Notes under the pieces: model-generated
The model's database searches: none
Seen by the model: the letters and a program-made list of their open reading frames with translations, nothing else
Told to the model about the DNA's origin: nothing
Source of the DNA: Chara braunii
Lineage: Eukaryota; Plantae; Charophyceae
Direction: 5' to 3'
Assembly: GCA_003427395.1 (NCBI GenBank)
Contig: BFEA01000034.1
Span: forward strand, 3,121,876 to 3,185,875
DNA length: 64,000 nt
Translations under genes and position numbers: made by a program
Part shown: piece by piece, positions 51,420 to 62,725 of the stretch
Position numbering within the stretch: the first letter of the stretch is position 1
Layout of the letters: each line of letters starts with the position of its first letter

Positions 51420-53045
51420 TCAACCTTTTCCTGAATATCCTCTTCTGATTGTTTCAAGGTCTTCCACCTTCTTCCACTTCTCATTTTCCAGCTTCTTCTT
51501 GCTTTCTTCAATTGCCTTTCCCTGTTCCATGACCTTTACCTCCAACTTACCAACTTCTTTTTTCAACTTCTCTTTCTCCATCTTTTCTGTCTCCGCCTCT
51601 TTACTCTTATTTTCAAGAGCAATGCTTAGTGCCTCCACCTTCAATTCCAGCTTTCCTCGTTCAATCCTTGCCTTTTCCATTTCTGTGTTCAAACTTTCCA
51701 TCTCTTTTTCCACCTTTGCCTACTGCAGGTCCCTTTTTTCTTCTCTTGCCCTCAACCTCTGAATTTCCTTCAGGATTTCATGGACATGGCTTGCTACTCC
51801 CTGTGTGAATAATTCTGTTTTTTCCTTCATCCTGTCCTGAAGTTCCTGAATGAGAACTTCTAATTCCTTTCTCTTTTCTTCCACCACTTTTCTCAACCTG
51901 CTTTCTACTTCTGCTTCCCCCTCAAGGATCCATTCACAATCGTCCCTGAGTAGCTGATTCAACCTGATCAATCTGTCCACACCAGTTGCTAGCTTGGAGC
52001 TGATTACGGTTTCAGAGACTATCTTCCTTTCCAATTTCAAGCTCCAGTGTGCGTCTGAAGGCAACTCATTTTCTCTTAACGAGGTCACAACCCAATTCCT
52101 GCATTCCCTGTTTTCTTTTTCTTTTCTCTGCCTCTTTTCCTTTGTCCATCTCCTTGAGCCTCGTTCCTTTGGTGGCTCATTGGAAGTAGGCTCTTCTGCA
52201 GTTCCAGAAGGTCCTGCCATTTCATTCTCCTCACTGTCCTTCTCCTTTCCCTTCACCTTCTCGTCTCCCTTTTTCACCTCTCCTGCCTTGCCATTGCCTT
52301 CTACTTCCTTACCATCATGCTCTTCAATTTGTGTCTTGTCTTCTTTTATTGAATCATCTCCACCTTGAGCTCTGTCCTCATCATTCCCCTGCTGAGAGGT
52401 CGTGATATTTTTCCTATTTTCCTTTTGAGCTCTCCTTTCTATCCTCTCTCCCCTCTTGCCAATCCACAATCCCTGCTCTTGAAGTAACTGTTTCTTCTTC
52501 TGTCTCTGCACCTCCAAGGGATAGGCCTTTCTCATCTTGACAAGGAAGCTCCCCCTGGTGTCTGACTCCTCCTTGATCCTCTTCACCGCCTCATACTCCC
52601 TTGGTGCTATCCTCCTCATCACTTGCTCCATCATCTTCCGTTCACCCCACCTCCTTTTCTCTGAACAAAGGTTGATGCTGTCCTCAAAATCTTCCAAGTT
52701 TGTGTCATCGAAACTGATGTCATCTTCGATCTCATCCCTTGCCAAGTCCCCATATTTCGCCCACATACCAGCCTTGAAATCCAACCATCCCAAACATTCC
52801 AAGGCAACCTCATCTATCACTTCATTGCACTCCCCCAGTCCTGCCACCTGTTCGAGCATGGTCCGAGTACTCCACTCTCTTCTGAAGGCATGCTCCTCGA
52901 ATTCTCTCAGGAAGATCCTAAGATTGTCCTCTTCTTTGTAGACAGACATTCCTTTGGAGTCCTTCATTACCAGCTGCATCTTTTTTCGCCCTTCTCTTCC
53001 ATGAATTATCCTGGAAGGACCCGTCATCCCTCCCTTCTGTGTCAT
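51420..53045 (-). pseudogene. Extra ORF downstream of pol (env position): two capsid-like repeats, acidic linker, coiled coil; one in-frame stop at 51720-22
   Basis: ORF 51720-53195 continues in frame to 51420. ATG at 53045 lies 25 nt after a strong acceptor. Internal repeat at a 75-aa offset. No hydrophobic TM segment seen. Confidence 0.8.
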
Positions 53046-53201
53046 GGTTGCCTGTTTTCCTGGGTCACACCTGCACACAGAAAAGGAAAGGGAGTGAAAG
53101 ATCAAGGAAAAAGTCAGCAGTTGGTTAACAACAGACTGTTCGTAAAAGAAATGCCGCAACAAAGGCTCCACAAGATCATCAGGCCTTTCTTTCATCTTTT
53201 A

Positions 53202-55592
53202 TCAACTCAGCTCTTGCCTCATTTTGAACTTCTTTAGCCTAGATCCGGAAATCCAGTCTTTCCTTGGTGTTCCATCCATCTCTTCCAGTTCATAAGCCCC
53301 ATAATTCCCTCTGCGTCTGACTCTGAAGGGTCCCAACCATCTCTTGTCCAGCTTCCTCGACCATTGTTTCTCGAGTGAGGAGTCATACAACACTACTATC
53401 TCTCCAACCTCCAATGGTTCATCCCTTACGCGCGGAGATCTATNCCACCTTTCTTTGTCCCTTCCATGACTGTCAGTCACGCTCTCCACTGCTTCCTGTA
53501 TCCGTTCTTCAGTAATACTGACCTGCCTGGCCCTGATGTCAAGCAATTCCTCCAGAGGCATATCATTCTCGAGATCCTGCCTTCGCCACGTCTTTAAGAA
53601 ACTCTCTATAGGAAACGTGGCATGCCTTCCATACCACAGGGTTGCAGGGGCATAACCTGTGATTCTCTTGACTGTGATGTTCTCGACAAAAAACACCGTT
53701 CTTAGGAACTTGGGCCACAGGTTTGGCTTCCCTGTTGTCCACTTCGCCAGCAAATTGGTGATCGTACTGTGCCCTCTTTCAACCGGTGCGTTCGCTTGCG
53801 GATGTGCTCTGGTCGTGTACTTGACAATAATTCCTAGGTTGTCCAACAACTCTTTCACTTCCCCACACATAAACTCAGACCCCCTATCTATTGTAAGCTC
53901 CACAACGAAAGGATACCGGAGGTAATATTCTTTGATGCAATCTGCCAAGACTGCTCCTGTCTTGGTTCGGATGGCCTTTCCATCAACAAATCCTGTAAGG
54001 TTATCTCGCGCATCAAAGATATAGTTATAGACTCCAAGTCCCAATGGCATTGCAAGGAGATCCAGATGGATCACTGCCCCCACATCCTTGATATATCTCG
54101 GATGTAGGGGTTCCTTGCACCTGATTGGAGATCTGATTTGGCAGAGAACGCACGATTCGCAGTACTTTCGGATCATTCCGTACATGCCCTCCCAAAAGTA
54201 TAGCTCGGTCACCTTCTTGATGGTAGTGGCAAAACTTTTGTGACCTCCTACGGGTCCATCATGAAGCGTTGTTATCACATCGATCTGCCGATTCCTGCCA
54301 CAAATGACTCTCCTAGGAGGTCCCCTTTTGTCCCTGATGAAGAGATGACCTCCCCTCACTAAGTAATGATCTCTCATACGAAGAGTTTTCTTATCAACAT
54401 CTCTTTCACGTTTATACCCCGAGAAAATAAGTCTCATTTCTAGGTGGAACCCATCATATTCTTCTTCCCGAAAATCCTCCGAGATCTCTCCTTGTTCAAA
54501 CTCTTCTCCTTGCATCTCTTTATCAAATTCGAAATCATCCCCCAACATTATCTCGTCTGCCTTTACTACCTCTTCCTTATTGTCAGCCTGTACTTGTAAT
54601 AGTGAGTTGACGAGATAGTGTATTCTCCCCATTGTCAGCAGGTGTTGATCTATTGACTTCGTTCCTACCTCAATTGTTACTGGATCGTCAGTCAGTCTGT
54701 AGGTTTCAGCCAGAGCCAACTCTTCCATCCATTCTCCATTCCTTTCTCCCCATGAGTCTTCTTCAATGAAATGTTTCAACACCAACCCATCAACCTTTAC
54801 AAAAGTTGTTGGGGCGTACCACATGGACTTTCCTCTCCTTGCATCCCTATCATTAACACTCAGTCTCCATGAANNNNNNNNNNNNNNNNNNNNNNNNNNN
54901 NNNNNNNNNNNNNNNNNNNNNNNNNNNNNNNNNNNNNNNNNNNNNNNNNNNNNNNNNNNNNNNNNNNNNNNNNNNNNNNNNNNACACTCAGTCTCCATGA
55001 ATTCACACACCAACCCATCAACCTTTACAAAAGTTGTTGGGGCGTACCACATGGACTTTCCTCTCCTTGCATCCCTATTATTAACACTCAGTCTCCATGA
55101 ATTCACATGGAGCTGCCTATCATCTTCATCTAGGAATCCATCCACTGGTGGAGTCTCTTCCTTTGCATCCCCAGACTTTTCCCACTCTATCGTGCTTAAT
55201 CCATCAGCCTTGTTCTTGTTCCCTAGGATATGTTCCAATTGGAAATCGAGCATCCACATGAACGTGAGCCATCTTGCGATAGTAGGATCCGTGGGTGCGA
55301 AATTTTTGACAGAATATACAAGGGCAGTTGAATCTATCCTCAGGACAAACCTTCTCCCATAGAGATAGTGCCTAAAGATACGCAAGCAGTGCAGTACGTC
55401 CAAGACTTCCTTTTTGAATTGAGAGTAGTTCCGCTCAGTAGTATTAAGGGTTCGACTCTCAAAACGCAAAGACCTTTCCTTCCCTTTCAGATCTGCCTGT
55501 ATGAGGACTCCTCCCAGAGTTGTGGGTCCAACATCAGTCTCTATGATAAAAGGTCTTTCTGCAACAGCTTCATAATCAGGGACCCCCAACAC
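53202..55592 (-). CDS. pol: Pol: RNase H plus integrase
   Basis: FIIETDVG...ERNYSQFKKE (RH); H-x6-H...CESCVLC zinc domain; IHLD / TIDRGSEF / VERGH (DDE); WLGPF (GPY/F). No chromodomain. Spans an N-gap. Confidence 0.95.
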   Translation of the reverse strand: MLGVPDYEAVAERPFIIETDVGPTTLGGVLIQADLKGKERSLRFESRTLNTTERNYSQFKKEVLDVLHCLRIFRHYLYGRRFVLRIDSTALVYSVKNFAPTDPTIARWLTFMWMLDFQLEHILGNKNKADGLSTIEWEKSGDAKEETPPVDGFLDEDDRQLHVNSWRLSVNNRDARRGKSMWYAPTTFVKVDGLVCEFMETECXXXXXXXXXXXXXXXXXXXXXXXXXXXXXXXXXXXXXSWRLSVNDRDARRGKSMWYAPTTFVKVDGLVLKHFIEEDSWGERNGEWMEELALAETYRLTDDPVTIEVGTKSIDQHLLTMGRIHYLVNSLLQVQADNKEEVVKADEIMLGDDFEFDKEMQGEEFEQGEISEDFREEEYDGFHLEMRLIFSGYKRERDVDKKTLRMRDHYLVRGGHLFIRDKRGPPRRVICGRNRQIDVITTLHDGPVGGHKSFATTIKKVTELYFWEGMYGMIRKYCESCVLCQIRSPIRCKEPLHPRYIKDVGAVIHLDLLAMPLGLGVYNYIFDARDNLTGFVDGKAIRTKTGAVLADCIKEYYLRYPFVVELTIDRGSEFMCGEVKELLDNLGIIVKYTTRAHPQANAPVERGHSTITNLLAKWTTGKPNLWPKFLRTVFFVENITVKRITGYAPATLWYGRHATFPIESFLKTWRRQDLENDMPLEELLDIRARQVSITEERIQEAVESVTDSHGRDKERWXRSPRVRDEPLEVGEIVVLYDSSLEKQWSRKLDKRWLGPFRVRRRGNYGAYELEEMDGTPRKDWISGSRLKKFKMRQELS

Positions 55593-55790
55593 AAGACCTC
55601 CTTCTTTAAATTATTCCTTCAAACTCTTCACCACTTGTTCCTGCCTCTCCCCCCATTCTCATTTTTGGTTCTTTCTAACCAGTTTCCTCACATGTTCAGT
55701 CTTTGCAGCAAACCGTTCGATGAAAATTTTTCAGAACCCGCACGTCCCAAAAAAACACCTTACTTCGCTAACGTTCCTGAATGGTGTAGG

Positions 55791-56867
55791 TCATTCAAGG
55801 ATCTTATTCGTTTTTTTGGTGTCTGGACGACGTCCTTGCTTGTTGCACACAAAGCCCAATATAGTACCCTCACTCATGCAATGCCTGGACTTAGCTCCGC
55901 TAGCCGTACGATTATATTCCTGTAACAAATTGGGTACCTTCCTGAGATCATTGACATGATCCCAAACAAACTTCCTTACGCCAGACGCAACCTCTTGCTT
56001 ATCTTTCACCATAGAGCCTTTTACTGCTAGATCATCGATGTATGGTTCAGTAATCTGTGGACTGATTGACTGCATGACTCTCACCATACTCCTTTGCACC
56101 ATGGCTACTGCGTTCGTCCATCCTTGGGGTGCCACATTCATGTGAATCAATCCCCTCGGAGTGTGCATCGCCGTGATCGGCCTATCTGCCGGATACACTG
56201 GGAATTGGTCATAACCGGAGTACAGATCTATGAGCGAGATAATGGACCTTCCAGCACAGGCTGTAGAGAGTTGGTCAGCGTTAGGAAACCCTCCAGAATC
56301 CCTAACCATTACAGCATTTAATCTTAGCAAATCTTGCACCCACCTGAGTACTCCATTTGGCTTGATGAAGCAGAACCATGGTGAGGCATAAAGTCCGCTA
56401 GAGAATCCTGCTACGTGAGAACCAATCTTCCCGTCAAGGTACTCTACCACCCTTCTCTGATCATCGGAATTTTGAGACCTGGCTCCTCTAACATTGCAAG
56501 GTTGATGCGGGACTGTGTGAATTCGGATCATCCCTATCTTGTCCACATCCAGCCTTCTCCTCTGCTCATCGTTGAAGGCATAGGCGCTGTGTTTTTCCTT
56601 CATTAAGTCAACTACTAACGCCCTCTCTTGCTTGGTTAAGAACTCAGGTTCACCAATGATCAGGTCTTTCTCAGTCTCCTCATTGATACGACATGATTCT
56701 ATTTCCCATTTCTCTCTCATTTGCCTAATCAATTCTCGTTCCTGCTCATAGTATACTCCCTCCTCATGTGTCACTAAGACTGGAACAGGGTGACTCTTTT
56801 TGTCTACCATCTTGTACCTCCTCTTTCCCCCTTGCTTGAGCCCACCCCTAAAAAATGTTGGCCGCAT
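55791..56867 (-). CDS. pol: Pol: reverse transcriptase (disrupted polyprotein)
   Basis: IDLYSGYDQF, PQGWTNA, PYIDD motifs. Confidence 0.95.
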   Translation of the reverse strand: MRPTFFRGGLKQGGKRRYKMVDKKSHPVPVLVTHEEGVYYEQERELIRQMREKWEIESCRINEETEKDLIIGEPEFLTKQERALVVDLMKEKHSAYAFNDEQRRRLDVDKIGMIRIHTVPHQPCNVRGARSQNSDDQRRVVEYLDGKIGSHVAGFSSGLYASPWFCFIKPNGVLRWVQDLLRLNAVMVRDSGGFPNADQLSTACAGRSIISLIDLYSGYDQFPVYPADRPITAMHTPRGLIHMNVAPQGWTNAVAMVQRSMVRVMQSISPQITEPYIDDLAVKGSMVKDKQEVASGVRKFVWDHVNDLRKVPNLLQEYNRTASGAKSRHCMSEGTILGFVCNKQGRRPDTKKTNKILE

Positions 56868-56964
56868 GCTTGATCATAGGGTCCTTGCACTTTCTCTTCC
56901 CTAGGGGGTGACCTGTATACCAACTTCATCCTCCCCCCTTCAGGGAAATCATACAACTTATCAG

Positions 56965-57591
56965 CTAATGCTCGAATGGCCTCTGTTCTGCCATATCGTA
57001 CGCGGATACCATATACATGGCTTGGTCGATGTTGGCCAGGCTCAGGGCTAATCCTCCACTCTCTTCCTCTTCCTCATCCTCATCAAGCCCCCACTCTAAT
57101 TCTCTCCTTCTATTCTCAGATTCCTCGAAGGTATATGACCCAGCATTGAGTCGGTTCTTCGAGCTATGAGAGTCTGTGTTCTTACAGGTAATGACCTCGA
57201 AATTACCATGAGCGGGATCACATAAAATTACGTACATGGTCCCGTCATGCTTGTTCATGATAAGGGACTCTGTTCGCGACAAGAAGGACCTTCCCAGTAA
57301 TATAGGAAGATCCAAGGGAGGCATTATGTAAAAGCAAGATCGGACCCTAACGCTTCCTATTTCCACAACTACATTTGAGGCAATCCCTACGTAGCCTGAT
57401 TTTCCACTAGCCCCATTGAGGTAACCTGAGTCCCTCCTATCGATCTCCAACCCTAGCATCTCAGCCGTTTCAAGATTCATAATATTCATCTCTGCTCCCG
57501 TGTCCAACATCCCAGGACATCCTTTCCCTCTGATATTGACATCTATGGACCCTGTCCCCATAAATTTCCAATCCATCTTACTCCCTGCCAC
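56965..57591 (-). CDS. pol: Pol: aspartic protease
   Basis: MLDTGAEMNIM ... ILLGRSFL. Confidence 0.92.
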   Translation of the reverse strand: MAGSKMDWKFMGTGSIDVNIRGKGCPGMLDTGAEMNIMNLETAEMLGLEIDRRDSGYLNGASGKSGYVGIASNVVVEIGSVRVRSCFYIMPPLDLPILLGRSFLSRTESLIMNKHDGTMYVILCDPAHGNFEVITCKNTDSHSSKNRLNAGSYTFEESENRRRELEWGLDEDEEEEESGGLALSLANIDQAMYMVSAYDMAEQRPFEH

Positions 57592-57866
57592 AGTTCAGTT
57601 GGCTTCCTTGGGGATCAGGTCGCCCATCCTTACCGTCGCTACTCTCTTTCTTGCCAGTTTAGCTTTTACCAGTTCCCTGAGCTTAGGTGCAGCTGCCAAA
57701 ATCTCTTTTAAATTTAACAACTTATTATGTCCCTCAAGAAGCTTATTTACCAGATTCTTCAGATCAACTCCTTCTTCAATCGACGTCTGGTACTTCCATT
57801 TCTTCTTTGATTTCTCCCCAGCTTTTTCCTTTCCTTCCTTACCATCAATCTTCCGTCTTTTAGCCT

Positions 57867-60041
57867 TCAGTTCTCGTCCTCCTTAGGCAACTCATCACGT
57901 TCCTCCTCTTCCTCTACCTCTATTTCAATAGAGATTCCCCCTTGAGGTGGTACAGGAGCCTGCGCTGGTTCCTTGGGCGCGCTTCCTCCTTTAGGTCTTC
58001 GTGCAGTATGAGGAACAAAGTTCCTCAGTGCTTGGTAAGCAGCTTCCAAACCAGCCGCCAGAGTAACTCTTAATGCTCTGGGGTTAGGAGCTCTAGGCTC
58101 CTCATTTTCTTCTTCTCGACTCATTGTGAATACATGCGGCACCCTCATTTCCAAGTTCCTTACCTCTTCGCAGATGTCAGACATTTTCACATTTAACCTA
58201 CCCATCTTATCTATCATGTCTTCCATTTTTCCCAGGGTTTCCCTTGCTGACTCTCTAACTACAATATCTTCGTCTGGCTCAATTTCGACTAGTGGCGTAT
58301 TCTCTTTTTCCTGGCTAATCCTCGCTCCTTTCTTCAACTGGTCACTTAGTTCATCAACTTCCTCCACCCAGATAAAAGGGTCTTCCTTCTCCTGCCATAT
58401 ACGAAACATGGCAGGGGCGCTGGGTCTAAGCTCTGCGACTCTAATGGCTTCTTTTCTCGTGCCCCCAGGAATGTTTGGATCGATCTTATCTCCTCTCTTA
58501 TCAAACACATCACCGTCGATACTTGATGTGATCAAGCCATCTTGCTCATCCATCCTCTTAACATGACATCTCCTTACTGTATGTCCTTTTATCGTACAGT
58601 GCGTACATACGCACTCGTTGTAGTCTATTCATCCTCTTCCGGCCCCTTGACCATTCCATTGTCCGTCACTCCTTCCAAAACCTCTACCGTAATTCTGGTT
58701 ATAGCCTTGACCGTAACCTTGGCCATAACCTTGGTTGTAACCTTGTCCAATTTGATTAAAGTTTGACTGATTGAAATTCCCAGCCTGATTTCCTCCTTGA
58801 TTTCCCCAATTCCCACCTTGTCCACCGTTTCCTCTTCCTCCGAATCCTCTTCCTCCATTGTCATTTTCTCTTCCTCCATTTCTCCCTTTACCGTGTCCTT
58901 GACCGTGTCCCTGTCCTTGGAACTGACCTTGGTTACCTTGTGGCGGCAGAGCCTGTTGTGGCAATCCTCCGTTTGCTCCTTGCCCCTGGGATGGTCCCAC
59001 CCCAGCTCCTTGAATATGGGGTAAGTTTGGATCCATCCCAATTTGTTCAAAACCCGGCCATTGATTCCCGGGGTAATATCCCGGCCATGTCCCCATAGGA
59101 GCCACCACTGGCCATGGTCCAAATGGAGGAACCGGGGCTGATGTTCCTGCGACATTTGTTCCCCCAGTCTGTTGTGAACTTTGTCTCTTTCCTGTCCCCT
59201 GTTTCTTTGATGTCTGGTTCTGATTCTGCTTTTGGGCCTTCTTGCCTTGCGTTACCGTTTCAGCTTTCGCTTTCCCCTTACTTCCATCACTCTCCTCCTC
59301 ATGTCTTCTCTTATTCGTCACCTGTTCAACTGCCATCACTTTTCCTGACTCCACTTTGTCCTTCAACTCCTTTAGTTGAGTGACCATACTACTCAACACT
59401 CCCCCTAAGGCTGAGTCAGCACCTTGGACGATTCCTATTTCCTTTCTTCTCTTCCTCTCCATCTTTACTTGATGGTGGAACACTTGATCCAGGTCTCCAG
59501 ATGCCAAATTTTTCTTTATGGTATCTCATGAAGTCTTTTTCCCTGGTGCTCCTCCCCGGGTTAACTCCACAGTCTCGTATCCTGAGAACTTTCCCAGAAA
59601 AATGACACACTGCATTTCTTCTGAAAGCCCCGGTACTCGTTTCGCCATTTTCTCAAAAGCTGTTGCAAACGCCCCTATCGTGGTGAAGTCATTTCGGTTG
59701 ATGTTATAAAGCTGGTCGATTGTTAACAACCCGTCTCCCAGCTTATATTTCCTTTGCATCTCCACTTTGAAATTATCCCAGTCCCCTCGGGCATCGACCA
59801 CAATTTGTTCAACGTCGGGGCGATATTCCCACCACACATATTCAAATAACTGGGCGAACTTTTCCGCCGGCGTCAGTCGATTGAAGACCTACTCTAGCAA
59901 CTCAAGCCAGTGCGACACTCTCTCTCCTTGGAATGGAAAGATTTCTATCCGAGGAAGTTGAGACCTCCTGACATTTCTGTTGTCCAGTAATTGTGCGATC
60001 TCGGCTGCCGTTATGGGCTCTGCCCCGTTTGCGTCTTCCAT
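57867..60041 (-). pseudogene. gag: Gag with premature stops and frameshifts
   Basis: ATG at 60041 (MEDANG...FQGERVSHWLE), WDNFKVEMQRKY, G/N/Q-rich tract, zinc knuckle CTHCTIKGHTVRRC at about 58566-58607. Confidence 0.88.
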
Positions 60042-60312
60042 TTTTTCCGCTTGTCCTTAGTGAAATCTGTGTTACATAAACAAAAACGATGGCGCTTCGG
60101 ATTAAATTTTTGACCATCTCACTCTTTTTTCCTTTTTAAAATTTTTTCCTTTTTATCCCACTTACCATTTAAGACTCCCTGCATCTACATTTCTAGTTCA
60201 TGATCTCTTATCAACCGTCACTCACTGTCTTTCCTAACCAGTGTCCCTATCCTGCTTCTAAATACCCAAGTCCGGCTTTTGCTGTCAAAATTGATTGAGG
60301 TCACCTTCTTTA

Positions 60313-61064
60313 TCAACCCATCCATCCAACTTCTTGGACGGATACCCAGTCGCTCGTCCAGGAATCATATACCATTCCAAACATAATGGGGATGCTATTA
60401 ACATACGCCCTGATTTTTACTTCGGCCTTGAGCTGTTTCCAGTATGTTTGTCTTGGCTCCATGAAGTAAACGCGGACATAAGCGTTAACTATTGACAAGA
60501 TTTCTTCGAAATCCCTATTAGCGAATTTTGGCCTCATTTCCAAATATAGGCAGTAGAGAGCTTCAGGCGTGAAAAATTCGCATCCCCCCTGAGCTGCCGC
60601 TCGAGCTGCTAGGGCTGCTTGCTCTACATTTATGTGCCCATTGAAGACTTCATCATTATTATATAGTCTGCGGGATAAACGAAGTCGGCTGCCCATCTTG
60701 CTTCTATCATAGAAATCACATGCCTGAATTCCCCCCAGCTCGTTTCTCGGATCTTTTCTTCGAGAATCGTCCCAGTAATTAGGATGTATCGTGATAAAGG
60801 CCGGCTGTGTCCTATTGCCAGATCTATCACGTGCATCCTCCATAGATGCGATGAAAGATATAATGTCGCCCGCACTATTATAGTTTCACGATCGAGAGTG
60901 TGCCCCATCTCCACCCAAACAAACGCTTCTGACCCGATCGAGGTACCTCACCATGAGGTGATCTCCTCCTTTCTCTCGCTCAGGCTTCTAGGCAGGGACA
61001 TTCTCAACCCTTGCGGCGTGCGAACGGGGAGTTCCACCCCGAATTCCTGAATGGCATACGACAT
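60313..61064 (-). pseudogene. Accessory ORF upstream of gag, paralogue A (unknown function)
   Basis: ATG at 61064, TGA at 60948-50, frameshift at about 60680. Aligns along its length with 61338-62134. Confidence 0.75.
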
Positions 61065-61337
61065 TTTTGGGATGATCGTTGGCGGCCTGAGTGATACAAA
61101 AATGAGGGACAAAAAACACGCAGCATTTATATGTAAGTTCTACTGACATATCCTCCCTCCATATTTTTTATTTTTCCTGTCCTAAATGTTTCTACCCTAA
61201 CCTTCTTATCATATCACATTCTTACCTCTTCTCAGTACTTACCCCCTTTCTTCTTCATTGCTTCTCCTTATTTTCATTTTTTCCCCTCTTCTCTTCTTAT
61301 GCTCTTCTTACTTCCTTGTCACCTTCTTTTATCATTT

Positions 61338-62134
61338 CTAGAATACAAATCGTCTTTCTGCTTCCTCCATCTCTTCTACCGTAACCTGATCCCCAGACCA
61401 TAAATTATAGACTAAGCCAAACATGGCGGGAATATCGTTCACGCAGACCCCCGAGCTTATTTCTTCTTTCAGCTTTTTCCAATATCCAAATCTTTCTTCC
61501 ATATGGTATGTTCGGGCATATGCGTCGACGATGGATAGAATGTTGCTGAAATCATTCTCGGCTAATTCTTGCCCCATTTCCAGGTATAAGCAGTAAATCA
61601 TATGAGGAGTGAAGAAGTCATATCCTCTATCAGGTACCCTTAGCGCGACTGCAGCGACCAACTCCACCCTAGCCTGACCACTAAACATCTCATTGATAAC
61701 GAAATCAGGGGGTGTGGTTCTAATGTAACGAATCGGCAGAATAAATTGTTTGGCCGGAAGCATTCTGGCTACCCTCCTAAATTCTCCTGCTTCCTGTAAT
61801 CGACTCTCTCGGATCCAGATGTTGAGTGCGGCTTCTGCTATCACAGTAAGTTGTAGCAGATATCCTTCTTCCCCTTGATTAAGATGACCCTGCCATAGGC
61901 GAGTGGATAGGTAAGTGACGACTCTCACCCTACTGCACTCTTCTATTATATCCCAACTTTTCTCCACCCACATGAATGCTTTTGCCCCTAGCGTGTGGCC
62001 CTACCATGTGTTGCAAAGTTCAGCCATGCCTTTCCCTTTCGGCAGCGTCATTTCCAATCCTTCATTGTTTCTAACGGATGCCTCGACTTTGGAAACCTGC
62101 TTTGCATAAAGCAGCTTGATCAAATTCTGAAGAC
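61338..62134 (-). pseudogene. Accessory ORF upstream of gag, paralogue B (unknown function)
   Basis: FFTPHMIYCLYLEM...ILSIVDAY...YWKKLK...IPAMFGLVY vs FFTPEALYCLYLEM...ILSIVNAY...YWKQLK...IPIMFGMVY. TAG at 62001-03. Confidence 0.8.
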
Positions 62135-62725
62135 CTATCATAAGGGCAAGCCAAAGGACAACTTATTCAATGTACTGCTTTAGTCACTAATTTTTTGGTG
62201 CCCTTACTATGGAATAGCCTGATTTAGAAATAAGTACTCTTTTTGCGTAGCTTTTCCTGGCATACTCCCTTTATTCTTTAGCTTCTCTTAACCTGACCTT
62301 AGTAAAGATCACGAGGATCCAAATTACCCTTCTCAATTTTACTCAGATGGATTCCCCTTACGTCTCTCTTTTAGTTAGTGATGCGAGCAATCCTTGTCTT
62401 TACCTATCTTACTCCTCTTCCTTTGATGATCCCTTTATTTATCAAGTACGAGACTATCCTGCAAATTCTCCGATGCGATATACAGGGTAACCCTTTTTAC
62501 TGCACGGTTCTTGCCCTTAACCCATCACACTTAATTTAGACGAAGGCTTATTCCCCCACAGACATTCCCTAACAATACTCTGTCTTGGGCAGACGCCACC
62601 CTTTCTACTCCACCTATAACACAATCCTGCCCATGTTTCTTTCATTTAGCTAGCAGATTTCAGTCTAGGACTTAACTAGTTTCCTTCTTATCTTATTTCG
62701 TCACCCTATCCAACCCTTTAGATCC

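Noticed and set aside
51420-53045. True envelope glycoprotein
   Set aside because: No signal peptide, TM helix or furin/fusion motif is visible after the likely ATG.
54775-55110. Apparent duplication within pol (SWRLSVN...KVDGLV twice)
   Set aside because: The copies directly flank an N-gap; most likely unmerged overlapping contig ends.
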